From the NCBI GenBank assembly GCA_963843835.1, contig CAWJMD010000008.1, positions 388,043 to 452,042 of the forward strand: a DNA stretch of 64,000 bases, written 5' to 3'. The position numbers and the translations under genes are program-made. Below are positions 9,488 through 17,630 of the stretch, piece after piece (position 1 is the first letter of the stretch; each line of letters starts with the position of its first letter). The notes beneath the pieces were generated by a model. That model saw only the letters and a program-made list of their open reading frames with translations. It did no database searches and was not told the origin of the DNA. The DNA is from an uncultured Actinomycetota bacterium. Lineage in GTDB: Bacteria > Actinomycetota > Actinomycetes > Actinomycetales > CAWJMD01.

Positions 9488-10553
9488 CCGGGCGCCCTAC
9501 GAGGTCGGCGAGCCCGTCGGGGAGCGCCACGCGCGCCTGCCACCCGAGCTCGTCGGCGATGCGTCGCGAGGACGCGGTGACGTGCCTGACGTCGCCGAGC
9601 CGGTACTCACCGGTCCTGACGGGCGTCGGGCCGCCGATCACGTCGGCCAGCGCGGAGGCCACCTCCCCGATGGTGGTCACGCGACCGGACCCCACGTTGT
9701 AGGCGCGCAGCGCCCCCTCGTCCGGCCCCGAGGCGGTCAGCGCGGTGACCACCGCGCGCGCCACGTCGTCGACGTGCACGAAATCGCGGCGCTGCCGCCC
9801 GTCCTCGAAGACCCTGGGTGCCCGTCGCGCCTCGAGCGCGGCACGGAACACCGCGGCCACGCCTGCGTAGGGCGTGTCCCGGGGCATGCCCGGGCCGTAG
9901 ACGTTGTGGAACCGCAGGGCCACCGCGCCGCCGCCGGTCTCGCGGGCCCAGGTCGCGCACAGGTGCTCGCCGTGCACCTTCGTCGCGGCGTACACGTTGC
10001 GAGGGTCGAAGGGTGCGGTCTCGTCGACCAGCGCCGGGGTCAGCGTCCGCCCGCAGTCGGGGCACCCGGGGTCGAACCGGCCCTGCTCGAGGTCGGCCCG
10101 CCGCCGCGGTGCGGGCGCCACCCGGCCGTGCTCGGTGCAGTCGTACGCGCCCTCGCCGTAGACGACCATCGACGACGCCAGGACCAGCCGCCCGACCCCG
10201 GCCCGCCGCATCTGGCGAAGCAGCACCGCGGTGCCCAGGTCGTTGCTCGACACGTAGTCGTCCACGTCGTCGAGATCGACACCGAGCCCGACCTTGGCGG
10301 CCAGGTGGGCGACCGCGTCGACCCCGTCGAGGGCCCGGTCGACCGTCGGACGGTCGCGCACGTCCCCGTGCACGAGGTCTGCGTGCACCGTGGGGTGCGG
10401 GCCCGGCACGTGGACGTCAGGACGCAGGCTGTCGAGGACGACGACGTCGTGGCCCGCGTCGTTCAGCCGGCTGACGACCTGGGACCCGATGAAACCGGCT
10501 CCGCCGGTGACGAGGACGCGCACGGCCTCACTGTGCCACCGCCGGACCGTCAC
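9477..10553 (-). CDS. NAD-dependent epimerase/dehydratase (extended SDR)
   Basis: VLVTGGAGFIGS Rossmann motif and YAATK catalytic motif. Contains an inserted CxxC...CPDC segment. The real start may be GTG 10523. Confidence 0.85.
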   Translation of the reverse strand: MTVRRWHSEAVRVLVTGGAGFIGSQVVSRLNDAGHDVVVLDSLRPDVHVPGPHPTVHADLVHGDVRDRPTVDRALDGVDAVAHLAAKVGLGVDLDDVDDYVSSNDLGTAVLLRQMRRAGVGRLVLASSMVVYGEGAYDCTEHGRVAPAPRRRADLEQGRFDPGCPDCGRTLTPALVDETAPFDPRNVYAATKVHGEHLCATWARETGGGAVALRFHNVYGPGMPRDTPYAGVAAVFRAALEARRAPRVFEDGRQRRDFVHVDDVARAVVTALTASGPDEGALRAYNVGSGRVTTIGEVASALADVIGGPTPVRTGEYRLGDVRHVTASSRRIADELGWQARVALPDGLADLVGRPVSR

Positions 10554-10562
10554 GGCGTGACA

Positions 10563-10593
10563 AGGCCCCTCGAGCTCATACCTCGAGGGGCCT
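10563..10593. other. perfect 12-bp stem / 7-nt loop hairpin (AGGCCCCTCGAG ctcatac CTCGAGGGGCCT)
   Basis: Read directly from the sequence. It lies at the end of a 300-nt gene-free interval, just upstream of the epimerase start on the minus strand. Confidence 0.5.
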
Positions 10594-10859
10594 GGGACCT
10601 GTCTACGCCAGGGACGCGGCTCGGCGGGGGAGGCGCGCCGGGGACCATGCGCGCGTCGGGTCGGGTGCCGGGGAGAGGAGTTGTGCGTCGGGCCGGGAGC
10701 GCCTCTCGGCGCGGGGCCGCTCGAAGCGGCTTCAGGTGGAGCCCGGGGCTACCGCGGCCCGACGCACGTCGAGCCTAACGTGACCTGCCGCGCCGGTGTT
10801 CCCTTTCGCCGAGCCTCCCGGGCGTGTCCCGCGACGGGCTGTGACGGCACTCACGCGCC

Positions 10860-11519
10860 TCAGTGCAGCTCGTCCGAGCGCCAGTGCCGCGCCGCCGTCT
10901 CGAGCTGTTCCGCGGTGCGGACCAGGCGCGCGGCGGAGTGCACGCCCGCGTGCTCGTCCTCGGCCGGGCCGTCCTCGGTCTGGCGCGTGAACGCGTCCTC
11001 CGGCTCGTGGGCCCGGCCGACGGCCACGATGCGGGCGAAGGCGGCCGCGCGCTCCAGCGCCACGGCGAAGTCGCCCTGGTAGACGCCGGTCAGCACCGCG
11101 TCCACGAGGTCCTTGACCTGCCCGGGACCCGGCGGGTCGGCCACGCCGGCAACGACCTCGAGGACCGGGGTCAGCCGGCGTCCGAGGTCGAACTCGCGGG
11201 AGGCCGAGGTGGGGTCACGGTGCACCCAGGCGCGCAGGGCGTAGAGGCGCCACAGGGCACCGGCGAGCGACTCTGCGGGCGCGTCGGACCACAGATGGGC
11301 CAGCAGCTCGATGCCGTGCTCGTCGGTCAGCTCGACGAGGCGGCGGACGGTCTGCGGGTTGTCCTGCTCCCGTGCGCCCTGGACGAGCAGGCGGGCGGTG
11401 GCGTGGGCGGCCTGCTCGCGCTCGGCGGGGTCCATCCCACCGGGGCGCGTGTCCATCGCCGCCGGCCCCAACAGCGTGGGGCGGCGTGGGCGGGGTGCCT
11501 CAGGACCAGGGGCCACCAC
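10860..11519 (-). CDS. conserved hypothetical protein
   Basis: 219-aa ORF with protein-like composition (HLWSDAPAESLAGALWRLYALRAWVHRD...). No family recognised. Internal ATG starts are possible. Confidence 0.6.
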   Translation of the reverse strand: MVAPGPEAPRPRRPTLLGPAAMDTRPGGMDPAEREQAAHATARLLVQGAREQDNPQTVRRLVELTDEHGIELLAHLWSDAPAESLAGALWRLYALRAWVHRDPTSASREFDLGRRLTPVLEVVAGVADPPGPGQVKDLVDAVLTGVYQGDFAVALERAAAFARIVAVGRAHEPEDAFTRQTEDGPAEDEHAGVHSAARLVRTAEQLETAARHWRSDELH

Positions 11520-11546
11520 ACCATGGTGCCAGGCGCTGGGCGGCGG

Positions 11547-11951
11547 TCAGATCCTGACGACGGGCGGGGGTGTCGTGAGCTTGGCCCGGGGGCACTGGTC
11601 CAGCGAGAGGCGGCCGAAGGACAGGGCCTCGTCGCACAGGGTCGCGACCGACCAGCCGTGCTCGGAGCCGAACTTGGTGACCGTGACGCGGTAAAGGGTG
11701 ATCTCGTAGCGGCTGGGGGTGCCGTACGCGAGCTGGATGCTGCCGATCAGCTCGGCCCCGGTCGCGTTCGTGCTGCCGCTCCAGGGACGGTCGTAGCGGC
11801 TCCACAGGCTGGGCTTGGACTCCCAGAGCCCGCTGTTGCGCACGTCGCGCATCGCGAGCTCGACCAGGATCGCGCGCGCGGCGTCCTCGGGCACGATCGC
11901 CGCCGGACGGATGACCTCGGTGACGGTGCCCTCGCTGTACGCCTCGGACAT
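11547..11951 (-). CDS. conserved hypothetical protein (134 aa)
   Basis: This is the C-terminal part of track ORF 11547..12776, starting at ATG 11951 (MSEAYSEGTVTEVIRPAAIV...). The upstream part of that ORF is low-complexity and antisense to the DUF3145 gene. Confidence 0.6.
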   Translation of the reverse strand: MSEAYSEGTVTEVIRPAAIVPEDAARAILVELAMRDVRNSGLWESKPSLWSRYDRPWSGSTNATGAELIGSIQLAYGTPSRYEITLYRVTVTKFGSEHGWSVATLCDEALSFGRLSLDQCPRAKLTTPPPVVRI

Positions 11952-12203
11952 GAGCAGTTCGGCGTCGTCCACGGTTCCCTCGCCTGCCGTCGGGTGCGGG
12001 GCGGCATGCCCCGTGCGGGTGCATCGGCAGGGTCTCGCGTGCCCTTGAGCGTGCTGGAGGGCCTGTACTGGCGTGGTGGGTGGTGCGCAGGAGGCTGGTG
12101 AGGCAGACTGTGCCTCGCGAGCACGCCGCCGCACCGGGCGACGCCCGTGGTGAGCACCGAGGTCCGTGGGGAAGACGTACCTCAAGCCACCAGGGAGGTC
12201 GGT

Positions 12204-12707
12204 ATGTCTGGTTCCATCACGCGGGGCGTGGTGTTCGTGCACTCCGCGCCGCGCGCACTGTGCCCTCACGTCGAGTGGGCCGCGGGCGGAGTCCTCGACG
12301 TCCGCGTCTCCATGGACTGGACGGCGCAGCCCGTAGCCCCCGGCATGTTCCGCGCCGAGCTGTCGTGGCAGGCGCCGGCCGGTACCGGTGCGCGCCTCAC
12401 GTCGGCCCTGCGCGGCTGGGCGCACCTGCGCTACGAGGTCACCGAGGAGCCCAGCGCGGGCGTCGACGGCGGCCGCTGGAGCCACACCCCGGAGCTCGGC
12501 ATCTTCCACGCCGTCACCGACGTCCACGGCAACGTCGTCGTCCCCGAGGACCGGATCCGGTCCGCCCTGGCCGTCGGAGCCGGCGACCCGTCCCGGCTGC
12601 AGCGCGAGATGGACCTGGCGCTGGGCCAGGCGTGGGACGACGAGCTGGAGCCGTTCCGGTACGCCGGCGACGGCGCCCCCGTCCGGTGGCTGCACCGCGT
12701 GGGGTGA
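12204..12707 (+). CDS. DUF3145 domain-containing protein
   Basis: MSGSITRGVVFVHSAPRALCPHVEWA...SWQAPAGTGARL matches my memory of the DUF3145 family. GGGAGG lies upstream of ATG 12204. Confidence 0.7.
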   Translation: MSGSITRGVVFVHSAPRALCPHVEWAAGGVLDVRVSMDWTAQPVAPGMFRAELSWQAPAGTGARLTSALRGWAHLRYEVTEEPSAGVDGGRWSHTPELGIFHAVTDVHGNVVVPEDRIRSALAVGAGDPSRLQREMDLALGQAWDDELEPFRYAGDGAPVRWLHRVG

Positions 12708-12721
12708 GCCGCGCTCCCCCT

Positions 12722-12787
12722 GCGTCCTCTGAGTGCAGATGGCTGCTATCCAGGGTCGCGTAGGGACGTTCTGCACTCAGAGGACGC
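12722..12787. repeat. 18-bp perfect inverted repeat with 30-nt spacer (GCGTCCTCTGAGTGCAGA ... TCTGCACTCAGAGGACGC)
   Basis: Read directly. It sits between convergent genes, and the right arm covers the stop codon (12777-12779) of the minus-strand gene. Locally AT-richer than its surroundings. Confidence 0.8.
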
Positions 12788-13412
12788 GGGCCGAGGGGTG
12801 CAGCAGGGGGACGAACCCGTGTCGCAGGGCCAACACCGAGGTCGGCGGCGTCAGCACGTGCACGGCTCCGACCGGGCGGGGCGTGGGGGAGTGCCAGCCG
12901 GCGAAGCCGAACCTGAGCGCGCGGTCGGCCAGGAGCAGGAGGGCGTCATCGCCGACGCCGACGACGGTGCCGGACGGCAGGTCCGCGGCGGGTGCGGGCC
13001 AGACGAGCCGGTCCGCCGCCCGCACCATCCCGCGACCGGGGCGCAGCCGCTCGCCGGCGAGCCGGCGGTCGAGCTCGGCGGCGCTCACCGGTGAGGAGGA
13101 GCCGCTCCCCGACGTCACGGCGCGCTGGTAGCCCAGGTGGTCGTCACGGCGACAGAAGCCGCACGGACGGTGTCCGGCGGCCAGGACGACGGCGTCGTCG
13201 AGGAAGAACACCGGGGTCCACCGCCCCGAACGTGCGAGCCCGACGCGCCGACCCCGGAGGTCGAGCACGCAGGCGATCCACAGGCGGCCTGCGTGGTGAC
13301 GCACCATGTGCTCGTCGTCGTCCACGAGGCAGCCGCGGTTGCCGGTGAGCAGCCCTCGGTCGGGCACGGCGTGCAGGTCGCCCCACGGGTCGACGCGGTT
13401 GCGTCGCGCCAC
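12777..13412 (-). CDS. conserved hypothetical protein with Cys cluster (HRPCGFCRR)
   Basis: GTG 13412 within track ORF 12777..13562. The sequence VARRNRVDPWGDLHAVPDRGLLTGNRGCLVDD...FFLDDAVVLAAGHRPCGFCRRDD looks protein-like. Function unknown. Confidence 0.6.
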   Translation of the reverse strand: MARRNRVDPWGDLHAVPDRGLLTGNRGCLVDDDEHMVRHHAGRLWIACVLDLRGRRVGLARSGRWTPVFFLDDAVVLAAGHRPCGFCRRDDHLGYQRAVTSGSGSSSPVSAAELDRRLAGERLRPGRGMVRAADRLVWPAPAADLPSGTVVGVGDDALLLLADRALRFGFAGWHSPTPRPVGAVHVLTPPTSVLALRHGFVPLLHPSARVL

Positions 13413-13428
13413 CGCGGGGCTCCGGCGA

Positions 13429-14886
13429 CTACAGCGGGATGTTGCCGTGGGCGCCCCGCCGCGCGGGAGCGTCGGCGATGGCACGTGCGAGGGCCGTGCG
13501 GGTCTCCTGGGGTGTGACCACCTCGTCGACCACGCCGATCTGGACGGCGCGGTCCAGCCCACCGGCCATGCGCTCGTGCTCGACGGCCAGCTCGGACTCG
13601 ACCTGCGCCCTGGCGTCGTCGGGCACCTCGGCCAGCTTGCGGCGGTGCAGGATCCGCACGGCGGCGACCGCGCCCATCACCGCGACCTCGGCGCCCGGCC
13701 ACGCGAAGACACGGGTCGCCCCGAGCGAGCGCGAGTTCATCGCGATGTACGCGCCGCCGTAGGTCTTGCGCGTCACCAGGGTCACCCGCGGCACGGTCGC
13801 CTCGGCGAAGGCGTGCAGGAGCTTGGCGCCGCGGCGCACGACGCCGTCCCACTCCTGGCCGACGCCGGGCAGGTAGCCGGGGACGTCGACGAGGACGACA
13901 AGCGGCACGCCGAACGCGTCGCACATGCGCACGAAGCGCGCGGCCTTCTCGGCCGACGACGAGTCCAGGCACCCGCCCAGTCGCAGCGGGTTGTTGGCGA
14001 CGACGCCCACGGTGCGCCCACCCAGGCGCCCCAGGGCGGTGACGATGTTCGGCGCCCACTTGGGGTGCAGCTCGATGGCGCCACCCGCCTCGGTCGAGCC
14101 GAGGGGGGCGTCGAGCAGCTCGTCGATGATCGGGTGGACGTCGTACGCCCGCTTGAACGACTCCGGCATGTGGGCCGCGAGGTCGCGGTCCGGCAGGCCG
14201 GGGTCGATCTCGCCCTGGCCGCCGAGCAGCACCGTGATCGCGCGGGCGCGGTCGTAGGCGGCGTCGGTGGACTCGGTCACCACGTGCACGACGCCCGAGC
14301 GGCGGCCGTGCGGCTCGGGACCGCCGAGACGCAGGGCGTCGACGGCCTCGCCGGTGACCGACCGGACCACGTCCGGGCCCGTGACGAAGATGCGGCCGTC
14401 GGGACCGAGGATGACGATGTCGGTGAGCGCCGGCCCGTAGGCGGCGCCACCGGCGGCGGGGCCGATCACGACCGAGATCTGCGGGATCTTGCCGGAGGCC
14501 CGGGTCATGATCGCGAAGACCTCGCCGACGGCGTGCAGCGACACGACGCCCTCACGCAGCCGGGCGCCGCCGGAGTGCCAGAGGCCGACCACGGGGACGC
14601 CGTCGGCCAGCGCACGCTCGTAGGCGACGAGGATGACCTTGCACCCGTCCACGCCCATCGCGCCGCCCTGGATGGTGGCGTCGGAGGCGAAGGCGACGGC
14701 GGCCACCCCGTCGACCGTGCCGGCCGCGGCGAGCATGCCCGAGTCGTCCTGCTCGGTGAGGAGCTCGACGGTGCCGTCGTCGAAGAAGTGCTCGAGGCGC
14801 AGCAGGGGGTTGCGCGGGTCGGTCGCGGGGTCCACCGGCGTACGGCCGGCGGACACGGCCGCCGCACCCTGCCCGGCGGGACTCAT
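13429..14886 (-). CDS. acyl-CoA carboxylase carboxyltransferase (beta) subunit, AccD6-like by context
   Basis: 485-aa ORF with carboxyltransferase motifs (GGAMGVDGCKVI, VVGLWHSGGARLREG, SVVIGPAAGGAAYGPALTD, GGAYIAMNS). It is the last gene of the fab operon. Confidence 0.9.
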   Translation of the reverse strand: MSPAGQGAAAVSAGRTPVDPATDPRNPLLRLEHFFDDGTVELLTEQDDSGMLAAAGTVDGVAAVAFASDATIQGGAMGVDGCKVILVAYERALADGVPVVGLWHSGGARLREGVVSLHAVGEVFAIMTRASGKIPQISVVIGPAAGGAAYGPALTDIVILGPDGRIFVTGPDVVRSVTGEAVDALRLGGPEPHGRRSGVVHVVTESTDAAYDRARAITVLLGGQGEIDPGLPDRDLAAHMPESFKRAYDVHPIIDELLDAPLGSTEAGGAIELHPKWAPNIVTALGRLGGRTVGVVANNPLRLGGCLDSSSAEKAARFVRMCDAFGVPLVVLVDVPGYLPGVGQEWDGVVRRGAKLLHAFAEATVPRVTLVTRKTYGGAYIAMNSRSLGATRVFAWPGAEVAVMGAVAAVRILHRRKLAEVPDDARAQVESELAVEHERMAGGLDRAVQIGVVDEVVTPQETRTALARAIADAPARRGAHGNIPL

Positions 14887-16133
14887 CGGACGCTCCGGAA
14901 CGCGACGGCCACGTTGTGCCCGCCGAAGCCGAACGAGTTGTTCAGCGCGACACCCGGCCCGATGTCGCGCGGCTTGTCGGAGACGACGTCGAGGGTGATG
15001 GCGGGGTCCTTGTCGGTGATGTTGGTGGTGGGCGGCGCCTGGCCGTGGTGCAGCGCGAGGATCGACAGGATCCCCTCGACGGCGCCGGCGGCACCGAGCA
15101 GGTGGCCGGTCATCGACTTCGTCGCGGAGACGGCGACCCGGTCGACGTGCTCGCCGAGCACAGCCGAGATCGCTGCGGACTCCGCGATGTCGCCGGCCGG
15201 AGTGGACGTGGCGTGGGCATTGATGTGCACGAGCTCATCGAGGCCGATGCCGCCCTTCTCGAGCGCCGAGCGCATCGCCCGGGTCGCCCCCAGGCCCTCC
15301 GGGTCGGGGGCGGCGATGTGGTGGGCGTCCGAGGTCAGGCCGGCGGACACCAGCTCCGCGTAGATCCGGGCGCCGCGAGCCTCCGCGTGCTCGGCCGACT
15401 CCAGCACGACCACGCCGGCGCCCTCGCCGAGCACGAAGCCGTCGCGGCTCGTGTCGTACGGGCGCGAGGCCGTCTCGGGGCTGTCGTTGCGGGTCGACAG
15501 GGCGCGCATCGAGGCGAACCCGGCGATCGGCAGCGGGTGGATGGCCGCCTCGGTCCCGCCGGCCATCACGACGTCGGCGCGGCCGGTGCGGATCATGTCG
15601 AGCGCGTACGCCATGGCCTCGGCGCCGGACGCGCACGCCGACACGGGGGAGTGGGCGCCGGCACGGGCACCGAACTCGATGGCCAGGGCACCGGCGGCAC
15701 CGTTGGGCATGAGCATCGGCACGGTCATCGGCAGGACGCGGCGCGGGCCCGACTCCTTGAGCACGTCGTAGGCGTCGAGGAGCGTCCACACGCCGCCGAT
15801 GCCGGTGGCGATGACCATGCCGAGCCGCAGCGGGTCGACGTCCGGGCTGCCGGCGTCGGCCCAGGCCTCGCGGCCGGCGACCATCGCGTACTGGCCCGAG
15901 GGGTCGAGCTTCTTGGCCTCGTGGCGTGGCATCACGTCGGCCGTGGGCACCTCGAGCCGGCACGCGAAGTGCACGGACAGGTCGTAGCGCTCGAGCCACT
16001 CCGCAGGGAGCGCCTTCGCGCCCGACCGGCCGGCCAGGGCCGCCTCCCAGGTGCTGGGCACGTCCCCGCCCAGAGGGGTGGTCGCCCCCATTCCGGTGAC
16101 GACGACGCGACGGTCGGTGGACGGGCTGCTCAT
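14883..16133 (-). CDS. fabF: beta-ketoacyl-ACP synthase II (KasA/FabF type)
   Basis: 416 aa. Active-site context SACASGAEAM, HATSTPAGD and GHLLGAAG. A 4-nt overlap couples it to the carboxyltransferase gene. Confidence 0.9.
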   Translation of the reverse strand: MSSPSTDRRVVVTGMGATTPLGGDVPSTWEAALAGRSGAKALPAEWLERYDLSVHFACRLEVPTADVMPRHEAKKLDPSGQYAMVAGREAWADAGSPDVDPLRLGMVIATGIGGVWTLLDAYDVLKESGPRRVLPMTVPMLMPNGAAGALAIEFGARAGAHSPVSACASGAEAMAYALDMIRTGRADVVMAGGTEAAIHPLPIAGFASMRALSTRNDSPETASRPYDTSRDGFVLGEGAGVVVLESAEHAEARGARIYAELVSAGLTSDAHHIAAPDPEGLGATRAMRSALEKGGIGLDELVHINAHATSTPAGDIAESAAISAVLGEHVDRVAVSATKSMTGHLLGAAGAVEGILSILALHHGQAPPTTNITDKDPAITLDVVSDKPRDIGPGVALNNSFGFGGHNVAVAFRSVR

Positions 16134-16163
16134 CGCGGTGGCCTCCAGGTGCCGGGGTGGTGC

Positions 16164-16200
16164 GGGTGACCCGACCGGCCGGTGGGCCGGCGGGTCACCC
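16164..16200 (-). other. intercistronic stem-loop between ACP and KAS genes (GGGTGACCC ... GGGTCACCC with nested CCGGCC/GGCCGG)
   Basis: Inverted repeat read directly from the sequence, within the 127-nt acp-kas spacer. Confidence 0.55.
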
Positions 16201-16217
16201 GGTTGGTGCTGGGTACA

Positions 16218-16244
16218 GCGGGTGGTGCGGGTGGTGCGGGTGGT
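16218..16244. repeat. 3 tandem copies of the 9-nt unit GCGGGTGGT
   Basis: Read directly: gcgggtggt gcgggtggt gcgggtggt gca. It lies in the non-coding spacer downstream of the ACP gene. Confidence 0.8.
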
Positions 16245-16260
16245 GCAAGAGCCTGTGTGG

Positions 16261-16509
16261 TCAGCCCTGCGCCTGCTGGACGTAGGCGACGACGTCGCGG
16301 ACGGTCGAGAGGTTCTTGATGTCCTCGTCCGGGATCTTCACGCCGAACTTGTCCTCGGCCTGCACGACGATCGAGGTCATCGACAGCGAGTCGATGTCGA
16401 GGTCCTCGGTGAAGGACTTGTCGAGCTCGACGGACTCGGTCGGCAGACCGGTCTCCTCGTTGACCAGCTCGGCGATGCCCTGGAGGATCTCCTGCTCGCT
16501 CTGCGCCAT
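16261..16509 (-). CDS. acpP: acyl carrier protein
   Basis: 82 aa with the phosphopantetheine attachment motif LDIDSLSM. Confidence 0.95.
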   Translation of the reverse strand: MAQSEQEILQGIAELVNEETGLPTESVELDKSFTEDLDIDSLSMTSIVVQAEDKFGVKIPDEDIKNLSTVRDVVAYVQQAQG

Positions 16510-16628
16510 GGTTGGAACTCCTTCTGCTGTCGGTGTCCTCGGTGAGAACCCTGCGTGGTGACTACTCGGTGGACGATCGGACGGTGGTGCGTCCCGCCGG
16601 GGCGGGAGTCAGTGGGGCGGTCGCGACC

Positions 16629-17630
16629 CTAGGGCAGCTCGACCACCTGGGCGGCGTACGCGAGGCCGGCGCCGAACCCGATCAGCAGGGCGAGGCCTCC
16701 GTGCGGCGCGCTGCCGTCGGCGAGCATGCGGTGCATCGCGAGCGGGATCGACGCCGCCGAGGTGTTGCCGGTCTCGGCGATGTCGCGGGCGACCGGCACG
16801 TGCTCGGGCAGACCGAGCTGCTTGACCATCGCGTCGATGATGCGGACGTTGGCCTGGTGGGGGATGAACGCCGCCAGGTCGTCCGGCGTGATGCCCGCCG
16901 CCTCGATGGCCTTGCGGGCCACCGGCGCCATCTGCCAGACCGCCCAGCGGAAGACGCTCTGTCCCGCCATGCGCAGGGTGGGCCACTCGAGCTCAGGGTC
17001 GTCGCGCAGCTGGTCCCACGACTGGTTCTGGGTGATGACGTCCCACATGTTGCCGTCGCTGCCCCAGAGCGTGGGGCCGATGCCCGGGGTGTCGGACGCG
17101 CTGACGACGACGGCGCCCGCGCCGTCGCCGAAGATGAACGCGCTGGAGCGGTCGCGGGGGTCGGTGATCTCCGAGAGCTTCTCCACGCCGATGACGAGCA
17201 CGTGGCGGGCCGAGCCACCGCGGACCATGTCGCTGGCCAGGCCGACGCCGTGGCAGAAGCCCGCGCAGGCCGCTGAGATGTCGAACGCGGCGGCCGGGGT
17301 GGCGCCGAGCCGGTGGGCGACCAGTGGTGCGGCAGCGGGGGTCTGGTACAGGTGCGTCACGGTCGCGACGAGGACGACGTCGATGTCGGCCCCGGTCAGC
17401 CCGGCGTTCGCGATCGCCTCGGCACCGGCGGCCTCGCCCATGTCGACGACGGTCTGGCCGGGCGCGGCCCAGCGACGCGTCACGATACCGGAGCGCTCGC
17501 GGATCCACTCGTCGGAGGAGTCGATGTACTGGCAGATCTCCTCGTTGGTGACGACGCGCTCGGGGCGGTAGGCGCCGACGCCGGTCAGCCGGGCGTGAGC
17601 AGCGCCCGTGGGCGTGACGAGGCCGGTCAT
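16629..17630 (-). CDS. fabH: beta-ketoacyl-ACP synthase III
   Basis: ATG 17630 within track ORF 16629..18065. Motifs DISAACAGF (Cys), IPHQANVRI (His) and GNTSAASIP (Asn). The ATGA overlaps the fabD stop. Confidence 0.9.
   Translation of the reverse strand: MTGLVTPTGAAHARLTGVGAYRPERVVTNEEICQYIDSSDEWIRERSGIVTRRWAAPGQTVVDMGEAAGAEAIANAGLTGADIDVVLVATVTHLYQTPAAAPLVAHRLGATPAAAFDISAACAGFCHGVGLASDMVRGGSARHVLVIGVEKLSEITDPRDRSSAFIFGDGAGAVVVSASDTPGIGPTLWGSDGNMWDVITQNQSWDQLRDDPELEWPTLRMAGQSVFRWAVWQMAPVARKAIEAAGITPDDLAAFIPHQANVRIIDAMVKQLGLPEHVPVARDIAETGNTSAASIPLAMHRMLADGSAPHGGLALLIGFGAGLAYAAQVVELP

Noticed and set aside
16218-16244. The tandem 9-nt repeats as a CRISPR or minisatellite array.
   Set aside because: There are only three contiguous copies with no spacers and no cas genes. 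It is a simple short tandem repeat.
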